A DNA stretch of 64,000 nt from IMG/VR virus record IMGVR_UViG_3300043434_000216; one strand, 5' to 3'. The position numbers and the translations under genes are program-made. Source of the DNA: an uncultured virus (IMG/VR IMGVR_UViG_3300043434_000216). Lineage: Duplodnaviria; Heunggongvirae; Uroviricota; Caudoviricetes. Below are positions 27,534 through 36,768 of the stretch, in pieces; within the stretch, counting starts at the first letter, position 1, and each line of letters opens with the position of its first letter. The notes under the pieces were generated by a model. It was not told the DNA's origin and made no database searches. It saw nothing but the letters and a program-made list of their open reading frames with translations.

Positions 27534-30500
27534 TTATGAGTGTCCTGATACTGCTTGTATTTCTATATCTAAGGAGTTCAACCTCATATTCTGAGTTTTA
27601 TCCTTTAAAGATACAACAAAATTATTTAGATAGCCAATTATGTAGTTTCCTTCTATTAAGCCACCAGTTGAGTTGCTATCCCTTAATACGTGTGCGTATA
27701 GTCTATTATCTTCTGCGATAAAGTTTGTTTCGTTTATTGCGCTTGCTTGACCATTCTCGTTTGTAATAGCAATAGATAATAAAGATGCCTTAACTCCGTT
27801 AGCTTGGCTGTAGTCCATAACGTTCATATCGTGCGATACAGACACGTTCATAGGCATTATAGGCAATCTACTGTTCAATGTAAAAGTAATTGTAGAATCG
27901 ACAGCTGCTGCGCCTAAGAATGCGTTATATCCTGACTGTAATGAAAGGTAAACAACACCATCCTTTACTAACACCATTTTATCTCCGTAGCTTTCTGCGT
28001 AGTCAGCTTTAAATAAATATTCTGATTTCCATCTCTTTTCTGTATCTGAGTATCCAATAGAATTCGTGTCAGAACCAATCGAAACAAAGCACATATTGTA
28101 GAATGGGTCAAAAGCAAACTTTGCATCTCCTGACTTAGTCAAGAAATGGGAGCGCATAAAGTTGTCGCTTACAAGCTCAATGCCTTGCTCGTTATACTTA
28201 ATGACCTTCTTGTTGTAGTTATCCCACCACCAAACGTTTCCTTTGTAGTTAAACACCGACTGCTTCTCTTGCAATCCATAATTGTAACCTAAGTTACGGA
28301 TAGTGCCTATTACATTAGATGAAATAGATAATATGCTCTGATTGTTACTCTGAGTTAATTCTTGCTCACCTAGTAGCACATATGCTGTTTCGTTCTTGCA
28401 TAAAGCAAGTAACATATTGCCAGTTCCTTGTAAACGAGAAACTCTTTGCAAAGACATAATCTCCCCATTCTCTATAGGTACATCGTCGCTATCTAAGGCA
28501 AAGAATGAGCTAAGGTTATTAATCTTAGTTCCTGCTACATAATTACCTCCATAACGAATTGTGTTCTTTCTCCCTGTAGGATTAAGATTCTTAGATATGA
28601 GTACAGCGGGCTTACCTGCTGAAGTGTTCCAGAATGGGTTAGCTGTTGCTGTAGACGATGCGCGAATAACAAGTTTGCTAGTCGTTCCTGATACAATAGA
28701 ATTTGCGTTATAAGTAGTTGATACAACAGGTTTTATTCTGTCTCCGTTTAACGTCACAATCATTCCATTAGAGTAGCTTGGAATCTTTTGGAAGCTAACT
28801 TGAGACGCCTGTACGTCACCAGATGTGTACAACTGAAGTGTAAGCTTAACATAAAACTTGTCGTTAGCTGTTATATCAGGCAATCCACTTAAAGTAAGCT
28901 CTTGCAATGCCAAGGAGTCTGTAACTAATCCGCTTTCATTCTCTGTAAGAGTAGCTGAATGGATAATAAATACGCTTCCGAATGTAGCTTCAGTCCCATA
29001 AGTATTAGTCACGTTGTCGTAAGGGATACGGTACACTTGAGCATTTAAGCTCCAGTTCATCTCAGCTAAAGAAGTTGGTGTTAACTTCTGGAATGTTTGC
29101 GTTACTCTTGTATAGTAGTTAATACTAAGCTTGTTGCCAGACTCTTGGTCTGCTGCATCATAATACCCTGAGATGCGGATATATTGACCAGTTGAGCTAC
29201 TAGCTCCTGTGCTGTCAATTAATACTGCCTCATCGGTGTTTGTTCCAAATGAAGTCAACAAAGGAATTACGGTTACGTCACTTGGACTTCCAGGTCCTAC
29301 TGTTGACGATTGCATTGTCTCTGATAAAACAGAATTAACAACCGTTACAGCATCCTCAGCATAGGCTTTAGGGCTAGACTTAGATGTGTTGTAAATAAAT
29401 GGAGCCGTAGAATAAACAGGCAAGTCAATCTTAGAGAAGACCATATCTCCAATAAGCTTGTTTGTGTTTAATGTACCTGCGCCAGAAACGTCAATAGGAG
29501 TAGATGCTGTCCAAGACGTAATATCCATTAAGCTTCCATACTCATAGAATAACAATGACTCGTCTTCTGAAACCTGCTTAGGAGTATAAATCTCAAAGTA
29601 CAAGTTCTTTGCGTTAGGTACAATAGAGTTAACCATTGTGCCTTTATCGTACTTACAATATAAAAAGTTGTCGTTCTGACTATCTATTTTAAAATCAAAC
29701 AATCCATTAGGAGTGTTGATTGAAATCCTGTCATCAGCTGAGAAGTTATAAATATATCCAGCTCTAAACATTCCCATCAAGTCAACGACCATAAACTTAA
29801 CGTTCTTTAGCTGGTCTGCTGTAATTGACTGAGATATAGTTGTAATCTCTGTAATAGCCTTTGTCGTAGCATCTGTTGTGAAAGATGATAACTCAAAGAA
29901 TATATTACTTGCAAATCCTTCGTAGATATACGACTTAGAAATGTTCTTAGTATATACTAACTGTGCATACTTTGCCCAGCTAGGCTTTACCCAACCTGCA
30001 TTCAATCCAACTCTAATTGTAGGAAGGATAGGATATGCAAATTTACCTGTCTTGAACTTAACATACTTCTCAACGCCGCGCGTCTTCATAGCTTCGTCAT
30101 AGTAAGCTAGTCCAACGCCATATGTTGAATCGTTGGCAAAAGGCTTATAGTATGCAGTAGAAGTAGATTCTCGGCTACTAATACCAGCCTCTGCTAAGTT
30201 GCTAGAAGTTAAATATGTTCCGTAAGTTCCTGATGTCGTAGACGGCTGATAGTCGTTTCCTGATACCTCAGAAATTGTAAAGTCTAAGTTAGCTGAAGAC
30301 ACATCATAGTCGTCAACAATGTTTGCTAAGAAAACTCTGTTCTTTGCAATCTCGATATGTTTAGCACTTACAGGTACCGAATCAAATGGTTTTCCTGTTA
30401 CTACAATGTCTAAGCTCTCATAGATTTGACCTGTCCAACTTAATCCTGTATCGGTGCCAATCTTAGCTGTGTCAATACGTCTCCAAATACCCGCGTTACC

Positions 30501-31208
30501 TATTCTAGTGTATAGCTCAAAGTATTCCGCGTTAGCAGGCGCTCCTGTAAATGAATAAGCAAAAGTATAACTAGATACTCCATCAGCTCCTTTGTACATC
30601 TGAGAATAAGAGCCTAATGCTGAATATTCTCCTGAGCGATATTGGTATCTACCAGCAAACTGAAAGTCTTTAGTCTCTAAGAATTCAATACCTGAATCAG
30701 GAGTTCCTTGATTCTTTTCAACAGTAAACACATTATTAGGTGTGCGCTTAGCTAACTTTAAATCTTCAACAGCAGGAGTTACCGCTGTAGACCATCCATC
30801 TAAAGAAAATAGCAAAGGTGTTCCAGTTGCGTGATAGTTCCAAACAATATTACTGTCTAGTACCTTTAAGTCGGGCGAAAAGTCTGTAGATACGCTATGT
30901 GTGTAGCTAAGGATAAGCGTTTTAGAATCTAGTGTTGTAGAGATTCTATAAATATATGCTGTAGTTGAATCTTTCGTCAACACATATATTTGATTGTCAG
31001 CCGCTTGGTGAGTCTCTTTAACAGTATGAGTAGAAAAGTTAATTCCAGCCGCAGTAATAGACTCAAGCATCTTTATTGCTCCAGCACCACCTGTCTTACC
31101 TGAATCAAAGATTATATTAGTTGCTGCCGTATAATCGCCTTCAGGCAATAAATTAGGGTCAACATCTTTATTTAATCCGCCTGTAGCTTTTAAAGATACT
31201 TTAGCCAT
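27534..31208 (-). CDS. Tail nozzle/'stabilization' protein
   Basis: 1224 aa; N-terminal GGLNKDVDP.LLPEGDY..A.N, NRVFLAN; follows the ring proteins. Confidence 0.75.
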   Translation of the reverse strand: MAKVSLKATGGLNKDVDPNLLPEGDYTAATNIIFDSGKTGGAGAIKMLESITAAGINFSTHTVKETHQAADNQIYVLTKDSTTAYIYRISTTLDSKTLILSYTHSVSTDFSPDLKVLDSNIVWNYHATGTPLLFSLDGWSTAVTPAVEDLKLAKRTPNNVFTVEKNQGTPDSGIEFLETKDFQFAGRYQYRSGEYSALGSYSQMYKGADGVSSYTFAYSFTGAPANAEYFELYTRIGNAGIWRRIDTAKIGTDTGLSWTGQIYESLDIVVTGKPFDSVPVSAKHIEIAKNRVFLANIVDDYDVSSANLDFTISEVSGNDYQPSTTSGTYGTYLTSSNLAEAGISSRESTSTAYYKPFANDSTYGVGLAYYDEAMKTRGVEKYVKFKTGKFAYPILPTIRVGLNAGWVKPSWAKYAQLVYTKNISKSYIYEGFASNIFFELSSFTTDATTKAITEITTISQSITADQLKNVKFMVVDLMGMFRAGYIYNFSADDRISINTPNGLFDFKIDSQNDNFLYCKYDKGTMVNSIVPNAKNLYFEIYTPKQVSEDESLLFYEYGSLMDITSWTASTPIDVSGAGTLNTNKLIGDMVFSKIDLPVYSTAPFIYNTSKSSPKAYAEDAVTVVNSVLSETMQSSTVGPGSPSDVTVIPLLTSFGTNTDEAVLIDSTGASSSTGQYIRISGYYDAADQESGNKLSINYYTRVTQTFQKLTPTSLAEMNWSLNAQVYRIPYDNVTNTYGTEATFGSVFIIHSATLTENESGLVTDSLALQELTLSGLPDITANDKFYVKLTLQLYTSGDVQASQVSFQKIPSYSNGMIVTLNGDRIKPVVSTTYNANSIVSGTTSKLVIRASSTATANPFWNTSAGKPAVLISKNLNPTGRKNTIRYGGNYVAGTKINNLSSFFALDSDDVPIENGEIMSLQRVSRLQGTGNMLLALCKNETAYVLLGEQELTQSNNQSILSISSNVIGTIRNLGYNYGLQEKQSVFNYKGNVWWWDNYNKKVIKYNEQGIELVSDNFMRSHFLTKSGDAKFAFDPFYNMCFVSIGSDTNSIGYSDTEKRWKSEYLFKADYAESYGDKMVLVKDGVVYLSLQSGYNAFLGAAAVDSTITFTLNSRLPIMPMNVSVSHDMNVMDYSQANGVKASLLSIAITNENGQASAINETNFIAEDNRLYAHVLRDSNSTGGLIEGNYIIGYLNNFVVSLKDKTQNMRLNSLDIEIQAVSGHS

Positions 31209-31216
31209 TATGTTAA

Positions 31217-31975
31217 TTAGTTTTTAAGTGCGCCGTGAATACCGTTTCTGATGAGTGCAATCATTTCTGCGTAATCCATTGCATTCATTCTAGCTCTAAA
31301 AATTCTACGAGCATTTAGGTAATCTTGTTGCGCTAATTGATACTCTCCTAATCTTGCTTTTTCAGCCTTTGCTGCCATCATTACAATGTACTTACTTATT
31401 ACGTCAGTAGCGTATGGCGTTACTACGTTAGCTGTAGAACGAGAAACTGCTGAGGTGATGTAAGTTAATGTAACTTCAATCAAATCCATTGTGTTGCTGA
31501 ACACTAGCTCCGAATTAACAGTGTCAATATCGTAGGTCATTAAAGGATTTCTTTGACGACCATAGAAGCGACCAATCAACTCACCTCTGGAGTTCATAGT
31601 TGCACCACCGCTAATTAAGTTATAATTAAATTCAGCATCGTAATTAACTGATTGCTCTGCAGGATAAGGAATCTTATTGCCCTCTGAATCACGATTGTAT
31701 AGTTTATTTAAGTTTCTAACTCGCTCTAAGGGTAAAAGCCGCTCACCGTGCTTTCCAGATACATCCACAACATCAACACAGTCAGCAGGCAAAATGGCGC
31801 GACGATAATCAGTAACACTAAGAACAACAGTCTTAACGTTGCCAATATCAAAGTCCATAGATAATTCATCTAAGCAACGTAGTCCGTGGTGTAGGTATCT
31901 TGTATAATAATGCAAAGGTAAGCCGCTATCTAATAGCGTGTCTCTTACAATAACATCTAAACTCTTAGTCTTCAT
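31217..31975 (-). CDS. Putative tail ring/adaptor protein
   Basis: Size and synteny between head genes and nozzle. Confidence 0.6.
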   Translation of the reverse strand: MKTKSLDVIVRDTLLDSGLPLHYYTRYLHHGLRCLDELSMDFDIGNVKTVVLSVTDYRRAILPADCVDVVDVSGKHGERLLPLERVRNLNKLYNRDSEGNKIPYPAEQSVNYDAEFNYNLISGGATMNSRGELIGRFYGRQRNPLMTYDIDTVNSELVFSNTMDLIEVTLTYITSAVSRSTANVVTPYATDVISKYIVMMAAKAEKARLGEYQLAQQDYLNARRIFRARMNAMDYAEMIALIRNGIHGALKN

Positions 31976-32613
31976 TATTGTTGTTGTTTACTAGCAAGCT
32001 CCGCTTGAGATACTCGCCCGTTACTAATTGTCTGCAATACATCGTCAATAACAGCTGACTCTACTTCTGGTGAGATTGGAAGCAAATCCGTGTCTCCTAT
32101 TTGACTAAAGTCCATAACTAATAAGTTAACTACGACAGATGTAACTGTTCCGTTAGCTGTTAGCGTAATGTTCTTTGTAAAATAAACTCTTTTCCCTTGT
32201 ACATAATAGCCTACCTTACCTTCTAAGTAGCTTAAGTTGGCTCCCTGAAAAACAAGAACATCTTGAGCGGGGATAGGAATATAAGGAGTCATTGCTCCTG
32301 TAGCCGCTGCAATAGACCAGATTCCCATATCCATAGGTAATGTTAATGGAATGGCAGGTAATGTGATGTAAGAGCGATTGTTTCCTGTTTCTGCCGTTAC
32401 TGGACAAGTGTACTCAAGTAAGTTACACTTAGGTACGTCAATCATCCCCGCCTTAAATGAGTCTGCTACCTGCAGCTTAAGCACCTTGTTGATGCTCTGG
32501 TTAATAAGTAACTTAACCTCTCTTAAGTCAATTACATCAGAAGGATTATCTTTGTCAAGAAAGCGAGCGTACAACCTCTGTATCTGCTCGGCTAATATGT
32601 TTTTAGTAGTCAT
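31975..32613 (-). CDS. Putative tail ring/adaptor protein
   Basis: Size and synteny. Confidence 0.6.
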   Translation of the reverse strand: MTTKNILAEQIQRLYARFLDKDNPSDVIDLREVKLLINQSINKVLKLQVADSFKAGMIDVPKCNLLEYTCPVTAETGNNRSYITLPAIPLTLPMDMGIWSIAAATGAMTPYIPIPAQDVLVFQGANLSYLEGKVGYYVQGKRVYFTKNITLTANGTVTSVVVNLLVMDFSQIGDTDLLPISPEVESAVIDDVLQTISNGRVSQAELASKQQQ

Positions 32614-32615
32614 AA

Positions 32616-33305
32616 TTATCTTTCGTCAGAACGTTGGTTAGCATCTTTCATAGCTTCAGCAGATGCAATATCTCCATCTTTTAATGAGATTCCTAAGTAC
32701 ATTAATGCTCTTGTCATAATGTCCGTGAAATATCTATCATCGATATCAATATCAATGCTACCCGTTGGATTATATGTAATGTTACCTGAGCTAGTAGTGT
32801 AATTATAGAAAGCTTTAGCAGGCTTTCTCATATAAACTAAGGTATAGTCATAAGTGCCGCCTACTCCAGGTACAGGTACAAATTGAATCTTAGGCACGTT
32901 TACCGACGACTCTTCCACAACAAATATTGTTGCTGCAGGGTAATCAATAGTTGGACCTAATATAGAGCTGTTTTGAATCTCTAAGAACTCGTCCCAGTTG
33001 TATATAGTTCCTTCTTTTGTGCTACCACCTGTAGTTAAGTAGATAGTCAAAGCCTCCACGTAATCAGTAGTGGATAAACTTTGTGTTCCAGTAGATGGAG
33101 TGACAGTAAAGGCTTTCTTCTTAACAAACAGGTGGTCGTAATCAAACTTTCCTGTCTGCTTATACTTATAGATAACAGCGCTCATCCAGTCAGATACGCC
33201 ACGATTAATCGCAATGTCAATATCTCCTGGACTTACAAACCCGCCTTTGTTCTTCTTTATGATGGAACGAATGAAGTCGTGCGCATCCTTTATTAAAATT
33301 GCCAT
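32616..33305 (-). CDS. Putative tail ring/head-tail adaptor protein
   Basis: K..GGFVSP.D..N, YMRKP, ALMYLGISL patterns; synteny. Confidence 0.65.
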   Translation of the reverse strand: MAILIKDAHDFIRSIIKKNKGGFVSPGDIDIAINRGVSDWMSAVIYKYKQTGKFDYDHLFVKKKAFTVTPSTGTQSLSTTDYVEALTIYLTTGGSTKEGTIYNWDEFLEIQNSSILGPTIDYPAATIFVVEESSVNVPKIQFVPVPGVGGTYDYTLVYMRKPAKAFYNYTTSSGNITYNPTGSIDIDIDDRYFTDIMTRALMYLGISLKDGDIASAEAMKDANQRSDER

Positions 33306-33329
33306 TATATGATAATGTTATATTTAAAC

Positions 33330-33337
33330 CAAAGTTA
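33330..33337 (-). promoter_or_regulatory. -7 box TAACTTTG upstream of the tail operon
   Basis: TAnnTTTG about 25 nt upstream of the start codon, after a hairpin at about 33361-33388. Confidence 0.55.
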
Positions 33338-33419
33338 TGAAATTTTATCTATAAAAGACAATGCCCTGGCTCATAGAACCAAGGCATTAGTATAAAAGAC
33401 CTATATGAAAAACTACTCG

Positions 33420-33623
33420 CTATCTTCTTAATTTAGAAACGATTTCCCCTAGGGCATCCATTACATTAGTCTCGAGTTCCAACTTTGACTCAACAGGAAT
33501 CTCTGCAATCGCGTCCAGTATCTCTAAAAGAGTCTTTGTCTTAGAGTCCTGTATCCCAAGAAATTTAATGTGCTCCATCTCTCTCTCGCTGATTGCGTCA
33601 GATGGTATCATAAACTGAATCAT
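33420..33623 (-). CDS. Hypothetical protein
   Basis: 67-aa ORF with AACCAAACAA leader. Confidence 0.6.
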   Translation of the reverse strand: MIQFMIPSDAISEREMEHIKFLGIQDSKTKTLLEILDAIAEIPVESKLELETNVMDALGEIVSKLRR

Positions 33624-33651
33624 ATCTTATTGTTTGGTTGGGTAAATATAC

Positions 33652-34860
33652 CTATAAATTTATCTTAGTCCCAATCATACCCAAATAACTTTGTGGAATA
33701 ATTGGATTGGTATTGAATCCCGTCTTTAGAGCGAAGTTAAACTTAAAGCGCTTAGTAAGCGCAATGTCGAAAGATGCGCCTGTAAGGAACACTATGTCAT
33801 CTGATGTAACAAACTTCTGTTGTGCAGTCAGGTATCCTGTTGAACTTCCTGATAGATACACATCTGGCGAAATAGTCAGTCTCTTACTCACCTTAACGGG
33901 AATAGTGTAGAATAGCATAACGTTATTACTTATGTTGAGACCCGCATCTGCGCCAGCAACACTAAGCGTATAGTTGGCTCCTGAGACGCCATATTTCCCC
34001 AAAGGTTGGATATGTGCAGCGGTAACAAATCCAAGCGTTGTGCCCCCTAAATAGACGCCTGTGATACCAAAGTTGGAGATGGATTGCATCTTGCCTGACT
34101 CAAAGTTCATTAAGGTATATCTACCTGATAGAGCAAACTGGTCAAACGAAGACCATACCATAGAAGATATGCCCCAAGAAGAGTTTCCCATAAGAGAACT
34201 TTGACTCATCCCTACGCTTGCGATAATAGAAATGACATCACTTGATGGAGCCACCGTAAAGTCCGAGCTATAAATAATCGGATTCGCCACAGCGTTCGAT
34301 TTCTTGGACTCGCTTTTCTTTTCTGATTTAGATTCTTTCTTGCTTTCACTTTTTGATTCGGATTTAGATTCTGACTTTGATTCTGAGCTAGAGGAATTAC
34401 CCTCACTTTGTGACGAGTTACTGCTTGAATTACCCTCACTTTGTGCAGCAGGTGTTGCACTAGAGGATGGAGCGGGTGCACTAACAGCAGCAGAGGCAGC
34501 GGCACTAGCTGCTGCAGATGTGGCAGAACTTGTAGCTTGACTTGTAGCAGCCGATGTTGCTGCTGCTACTGCTTGTGATACAGCGTTAGATACTGTTTGC
34601 TGTACAGCAACGGTAGCTTGCGGGCAAGGGAAGTTAACCGTTAGGTCATTAATCCACGCTTGTAGTGCACCTGTAGTAATATCGTTTGCCGTTACCACTC
34701 TGTACTGTCCTCTATAAACTACTGTGGTTTTTCCGTTGGCTAGTGGTACTGTGACAACAGTTACTTTGCCAGAGCAAGGGTCTACGAATGTCTGAGTTAA
34801 TACTTGCGCGTTAACCCAGAATGATATCAGAATAAATAAGGTTACGCCTAGCCATTTCAC
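33652..34860 (-). CDS. Putative outer-membrane beta-barrel protein with an Ala/Ser-rich linker
   Basis: Signal peptide, Cys-pair N-terminal domain, SESK repeats, C-terminal alternating amphipathic strands ending ..YLGMIGTKINL. Confidence 0.6.
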   Translation of the reverse strand: MKWLGVTLFILISFWVNAQVLTQTFVDPCSGKVTVVTVPLANGKTTVVYRGQYRVVTANDITTGALQAWINDLTVNFPCPQATVAVQQTVSNAVSQAVAAATSAATSQATSSATSAAASAAASAAVSAPAPSSSATPAAQSEGNSSSNSSQSEGNSSSSESKSESKSESKSESKKESKSEKKSESKKSNAVANPIIYSSDFTVAPSSDVISIIASVGMSQSSLMGNSSWGISSMVWSSFDQFALSGRYTLMNFESGKMQSISNFGITGVYLGGTTLGFVTAAHIQPLGKYGVSGANYTLSVAGADAGLNISNNVMLFYTIPVKVSKRLTISPDVYLSGSSTGYLTAQQKFVTSDDIVFLTGASFDIALTKRFKFNFALKTGFNTNPIIPQSYLGMIGTKINL

Positions 34861-35567
34861 TTGAATATCTTCTTCTTAATCATTCGAACGATAATCTTAG
34901 CCGCAGCATTCTCTAATGCTTTCTTGGTAGTCGTACCGATAGTAGACTGATTGAACTTAACCTCTGCGAAGTTGCCGTCATTCATTAACGTAGCCTCGCG
35001 CGTAGTTTTAGCTTCTCCTAATCCTGAACCTGTAAAGAACTCTCCAGTCTCTGCATTGACGAATTTTACCTGTAAACCTAATCGCGTGACTACAGTTTGT
35101 TTTGTGTCTCCTTTGATAGAAATAGACTCGTCTTCGCTAATAGAGAAGTCGTAGCATTCGATGTAAACAAAGTACTGAGCAAGTTTAATCTTACCTCTGC
35201 CGTCTAGTTTGTTTTCTGAGATACCAGCTTGTGAGGCTTGGAACTGCTTTACCATCCTGTTCTTAATCTCCGCTTTGTCTTCTGTAAAAGTAAAACGGTT
35301 AGTTTCCTCTAGGAACTCGATAACAATGTTGGTAACTCCAAGCCCCACACGCTTGTCTTTAAGCTCAGGATAAGCCGCATAGACTTCCTCATTGATGCCT
35401 AAAGATAATAGCTGAATAGGAATCTTTGGACCTTCGTAGTCCATTAACGAATCGATATTAATCTTCTTCTCAAACGAGGCTGTATAAGCTTCTGTCTTAA
35501 CAGAGGCTACCTGCGCGCTTGTCGCAAATGTTGTCAATAATAGAGACAGGAATAATATTTTCTTCAT
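34857..35567 (-). CDS. CsgG/HfaB-family (curli assembly/transport-like) protein
   Basis: Signal peptide; G.GV.N...E.L.ETNRF...E, AQYFV...YDF, RLGLQVKFVNAETGE..GSG.G pattern. Confidence 0.7.
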   Translation of the reverse strand: MKKILFLSLLLTTFATSAQVASVKTEAYTASFEKKINIDSLMDYEGPKIPIQLLSLGINEEVYAAYPELKDKRVGLGVTNIVIEFLEETNRFTFTEDKAEIKNRMVKQFQASQAGISENKLDGRGKIKLAQYFVYIECYDFSISEDESISIKGDTKQTVVTRLGLQVKFVNAETGEFFTGSGLGEAKTTREATLMNDGNFAEVKFNQSTIGTTTKKALENAAAKIIVRMIKKKIFK

Positions 35568-36108
35568 AAGGCTATAACCTGAAATGTTTAATACAAATTA
35601 AAGGCTATAGCCTTATAAGTAACGTTAAGTGTCTTTTACAATAATTTACATATTTGTAAACCGTAGTTTGCATTACTAATGCAAACCCTATTATCGAAAC
35701 TTGCATCGTTTACAAGTTTTGCGGTTTGGATTTTCATCATTTTCCTCCCCATATTGGTTTGGATTTTTATCATTATCGGTAGTCTTAATACTTGAATCGA
35801 CGATAATTTAAACTATCGTTGATACTGACGATACCTTAACTTCCGAGTTTGGCATCATTTTGTAACAGATTTTGGCAAATTTTGTTACAGAACTCGGATA
35901 GCTTCCGAATTGTGCATTAAAATTTGGAAAAATTCATGCAATCTGCACAATAGGATGCCTAGATTCTGCACAATAATGTATAATATATTAGCCATTTTGT
36001 ATCTATTTGCGTATAAAAGTGCAATATATTATACTTTTATACGCAAATAGATATACTTGTCGGACTTATCCATCATTAAGTGCAATTAAAAGCACTAATG
36101 TTGGCATA
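35568..36108. repeat. Non-coding array of about ten different paired direct or inverted sites
   Basis: Examples: AAGGCTATAGCCTT palindrome 35601-35614; GTTTGCATTA-C-TAATGCAAAC 35666-35686; 19-bp direct pair 35723/35756; 21-bp perfect inverted repeat 36000-36020/36033-36053. Confidence 0.85.
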
Positions 36109-36408
36109 TTACCACTTAGGTTCTTCTTGCAAAGCTTCTTTCTCAGTCTTCTTCTTAGGTGCCGCTGGCTTCTCTACAACCCGCTCAACAACTCTTGTGC
36201 CGCCTGTAGGTGCCGCTGGAGCCGCCGCTGCCTGATTGATATTAATTACAGGAGCTGGAGCTGATACAGTTGTAGCTGGTTCAGCAGCTTTCTCTTCTTC
36301 GCCTGTTAATTGCTTAGTCACAAATCCACCCACTGCAATAGCGACTGTACTTGCTAGTCCAATAAGGATACTTTTCAATGAGCCATTGCCCTCTTGTTCT
36401 TCTGCCAT
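36109..36408 (-). CDS. Single-pass membrane protein with a Pro/Ala-rich tail
   Basis: ILIGLASTVAIAVGGFV transmembrane segment. Confidence 0.7.
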   Translation of the reverse strand: MAEEQEGNGSLKSILIGLASTVAIAVGGFVTKQLTGEEEKAAEPATTVSAPAPVININQAAAAPAAPTGGTRVVERVVEKPAAPKKKTEKEALQEEPKW

Positions 36409-36409
36409 T

Positions 36410-36763
36410 TTAATTAATGATTAAAGGTTTTTTAATTGTTACTCCCGAAACATCTGTTAATGTAAGGTCATATAACCCACGGGCGATTGTATCCAACTGG
36501 ATACTCTTTATTGTGGCTACAGACGTTGCTGTAAAGCCAACTGTTTTAAAAGGTTCGGTTTTTCCGAACTTGTATATCTGAACAGAGTACTTGGCTCCTA
36601 CTACTGTATTTGCCACAATAGTTGCCTGCCTGCCCTCTACTAATAGGCTAGTAATATCTGTGTTGTTAGGATTTACACCAAGGCTTGTTTCCTTTTCTAA
36701 CACTTCAATGTCGTGGCAAGCTGCCAGCGCCACTATCAACAACAATGCTACTATCTTCTTCAT
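36410..36763 (-). CDS. Lipoprotein with a C-terminus resembling a T9SS sorting domain
   Basis: Lipobox LAAC; ..LDTIARGLYDLTLTD..TIKKPLIIN. Confidence 0.65.
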   Translation of the reverse strand: MKKIVALLLIVALAACHDIEVLEKETSLGVNPNNTDITSLLVEGRQATIVANTVVGAKYSVQIYKFGKTEPFKTVGFTATSVATIKSIQLDTIARGLYDLTLTDVSGVTIKKPLIIN

Positions 36764-36768
36764 TTAAC

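Noticed and set aside
34300..34445. Nucleotide repeats (GAATTACCCTCACTTTGTG twice; SESK codons)
   Set aside because: Explained by a low-complexity protein linker
35568..36108. CRISPR array or mini-array
   Set aside because: No constant repeat separates unique spacers; each repeated word occurs only as a local pair, and no cas operon is present
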